Below, one piece after another: positions 42,434-44,079 of a stretch of DNA of 44,079 bases. How positions within the stretch are numbered: position 1 is the first letter of the stretch; the number at the start of each line of letters is the position of its first letter. A model generated the notes under the pieces. That model made no database searches. It saw nothing but the letters and a program-made list of their open reading frames with translations, and was not told the origin of the DNA. The stretch is from Pseudomonadales bacterium (GTDB lineage: Bacteria > Pseudomonadota > Gammaproteobacteria > Pseudomonadales > Moraxellaceae): NCBI GenBank assembly GCA_013043915.1, contig JABEVH010000207.1:1-44079 (forward strand), in the 5' to 3' direction. Both the position numbers and the translations under genes were made by a program.

Positions 42434-44079
42434 TTAATCCGCCGCCTCAACTAAGCGTGTAACCTCGGCCAGAGAAGTCAGGCCCTTAGCTGCTAGCTCC
42501 AAAGCGGTTAGCGCCAGGGGATGATAGTTAGGGCTGGCTCTTGCTGCGGCGACGAAGGCATTCTGGTCAGCTTCACGTAAGGCATGGGTCATGGCCTCAG
42601 TGAATTCCAGCCATTCGTGAACGCCGATACGCCCTTTGTAACCAGCCATATTGCACTGGCGGCAACCTTGAGCCTTATAAAATGTTGTGACGGGGCGTTC
42701 TGCGCCGGTGACACGAATCAGCAGGTCGAGGTATTCATCAGGGTTGTCATCAACAGTTTTGCAGTGTACGCAAAGTCGCCGTACCAAACGCTGCGCCAGG
42801 ATAGCACGCAGGGCGCTGGCAACCATATAGGGCTCTACCCCCATGTCGATAAAGCGCATGGCTGCGCTGATGGAGTCGTTAGTATGCAGCGTACTGAACA
42901 CTAAATGTCCAGTGATAGCAGCTCGCAGACCTATTTGTGCGGTCTCGTAATCACGCATTTCACCGATCATGACTACGTCGGGATCCTGGCGAAGTGCTGA
43001 GCGCAAGACACGATCAAAGGTAAGTTCAATTTTGGCATTGACCTGAACCTGAACGACGCGAGGCAATTGATATTCAATAGGGTCTTCAACAGTAATTATT
43101 TTGATGTCGGGTTGGTTGATTTCACCGAGAGCCCCATACAAGGTGGTGGTTTTACCTGAACCGGTAGGGCCCGTTACTAAAATCATGCCATGCGGACGCT
43201 GTATGGCAGCACGAAAGCGCTGCAATAGTGACGCGGGCATGCCAACATTATCTAAGGATAATATACTGCTGGAATGATCGAGCAAGCGCAGCACTACAGA
43301 TTCACCGTAGGATGTGGGTAGTGTGGAAAGACGTACATCAATATTTTTACCCAATACCTTGATGCCGAATCGGCCATCTTGAGGCAGGCGCTTTTCTGAA
43401 ATATCCAGATCCGAGAGAATCTTGAGCTTAAGTACCACTGCGGCAGCAATGCGCCGTTCGTTCATCACCTGCTCATGCAGGATGCCATCGATACGTTTGC
43501 GTATGCGCATGACGCTTTCATCTGGCTCGATATGAATGTCAGAAGCACCTAAGCGTACCGCATCTTCAAACAGGCTTTGCAGCAACCGAGCAACCGGGGC
43601 ATCGGCTGCGGTGGCGCCGCTGGCCAGGGTCGCAATATCAATATCAGATTCACGCAGCTCATCTTCAAGCTCACCGGCTAGGGAAGCAATCTCATCCTGT
43701 TTGCTGTATAGGCTATCGATGGCTGAGAGTAGTTGGTGTTCTCGCACCACGGCCGTACTGACGATGCGGTTGAGCCGTCGCTGCAATTCATCTAGTGCAT
43801 GAATATCCAAAGGGTCAGACATGCCGATCAGGTAGCGGCCATCCTGTTCACTCAACAGGATGGAACGAAACCGGCGCGCCAGAGCTTCAGGTAACTGCTT
43901 GGAGAACTCCAGTTTATAGGGGTAGGTATCGAGATCAATGAATGGGATTTTAAGTTGCTGAGCCAGCAGTTGCAAAAGATCATCTTCACGAACTAACTGC
44001 AAATCCACCAACACACGACCTAGTTTTTTACCCGAAGATTTTTGTTCGGCCAGAGCCTGCTGTAAATGTCCCTCGCTAA
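42434..44079 (-). CDS. mshE: MSHA pilus extension ATPase MshE (GspE/PilB family), N-terminus running off the right edge
   Basis: It has Walker A GPTGSGKTTT, the Asp box, Walker B, the His box (VFSTLHTND) and a tetracysteine motif (CVHC...CRQC). The frame stays open upstream of the listed ORF start to the window end (..SEGHLQQALAEQKSSGKKLGRVLVDLQLVREDDLLQLLAQQL). That stretch looks like the MshEN c-di-GMP-binding motif. Confidence 0.9.
   Translation of the reverse strand, partial: SEGHLQQALAEQKSSGKKLGRVLVDLQLVREDDLLQLLAQQLKIPFIDLDTYPYKLEFSKQLPEALARRFRSILLSEQDGRYLIGMSDPLDIHALDELQRRLNRIVSTAVVREHQLLSAIDSLYSKQDEIASLAGELEDELRESDIDIATLASGATAADAPVARLLQSLFEDAVRLGASDIHIEPDESVMRIRKRIDGILHEQVMNERRIAAAVVLKLKILSDLDISEKRLPQDGRFGIKVLGKNIDVRLSTLPTSYGESVVLRLLDHSSSILSLDNVGMPASLLQRFRAAIQRPHGMILVTGPTGSGKTTTLYGALGEINQPDIKIITVEDPIEYQLPRVVQVQVNAKIELTFDRVLRSALRQDPDVVMIGEMRDYETAQIGLRAAITGHLVFSTLHTNDSISAAMRFIDMGVEPYMVASALRAILAQRLVRRLCVHCKTVDDNPDEYLDLLIRVTGAERPVTTFYKAQGCRQCNMAGYKGRIGVHEWLEFTEAMTHALREADQNAFVAAARASPNYHPLALTALELAAKGLTSLAEVTRLVEAAD

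Noticed and set aside
1-44079. Search by eye for CRISPR arrays, IS elements or transposases, integrases, prophage genes, toxin-antitoxin or restriction-type defence genes, and tRNA or rRNA genes
   Set aside because: Intergenic spaces are all about 230 nt or shorter and contain no repeat arrays or cloverleaf-like sequences. No ORF shows nuclease, integrase or transposase motifs, so none can be supported.

Overview
This is a 44-kb chromosomal segment from a beta- or gammaproteobacterium, almost fully coding. I found no rRNA, tRNA, CRISPR, IS, transposase or phage genes. The conserved backbone has four parts. (1) The left edge carries lysA (5' part, with an in-frame TAG), the small lipoprotein lptM/yifL, divergent cyaY, and lptF translationally coupled to an ArnT-like GT39 glycosyltransferase. 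(2) hemY-hemX-hemD-hemC lie on the minus strand. (3) The algZ(fimS)/algR two-component pair is separated from hemC by a lipase-like lipoprotein and a TRL-type lipoprotein. (4) argH follows. Three accessory blocks stand out. (a) A lower-GC LPS/glycan-decoration island lies at 11.0-19.9 kb. It holds a GT9 heptosyltransferase, a DxD glycosyltransferase, two CgeB-like glycosyltransferases, an O-antigen-ligase-like protein, an MBOAT + SGNH O-acyltransferase pair and a methyltransferase. (b) A tightly overlapping seven-gene minus-strand operon lies at 21.5-31.7 kb. It encodes a UbiA prenyltransferase, an HMG-CoA-reductase/APH-kinase fusion, a rifampicin-phosphotransferase-type dikinase, a GNAT-like protein, an adenylate-forming enzyme, a CDP-alcohol phosphatidyltransferase and a CDP-archaeol-synthase (DUF46)-like protein. 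I read this as an uncharacterised, archaeal-flavoured lipid pathway, and it is the best candidate for a novel system in the window. (c) An ECF sigma / DUF3619 / DUF3106 / outer-membrane-protein operon (31.9-34.4 kb) is followed by the distal half of an MSHA-type type IV pilus operon (mshE partial, G, F, A, C, D, O, P, Q) running off the right edge. All functional calls rest on motifs I could read in the supplied translations or in my own hand translations. No database search was possible.
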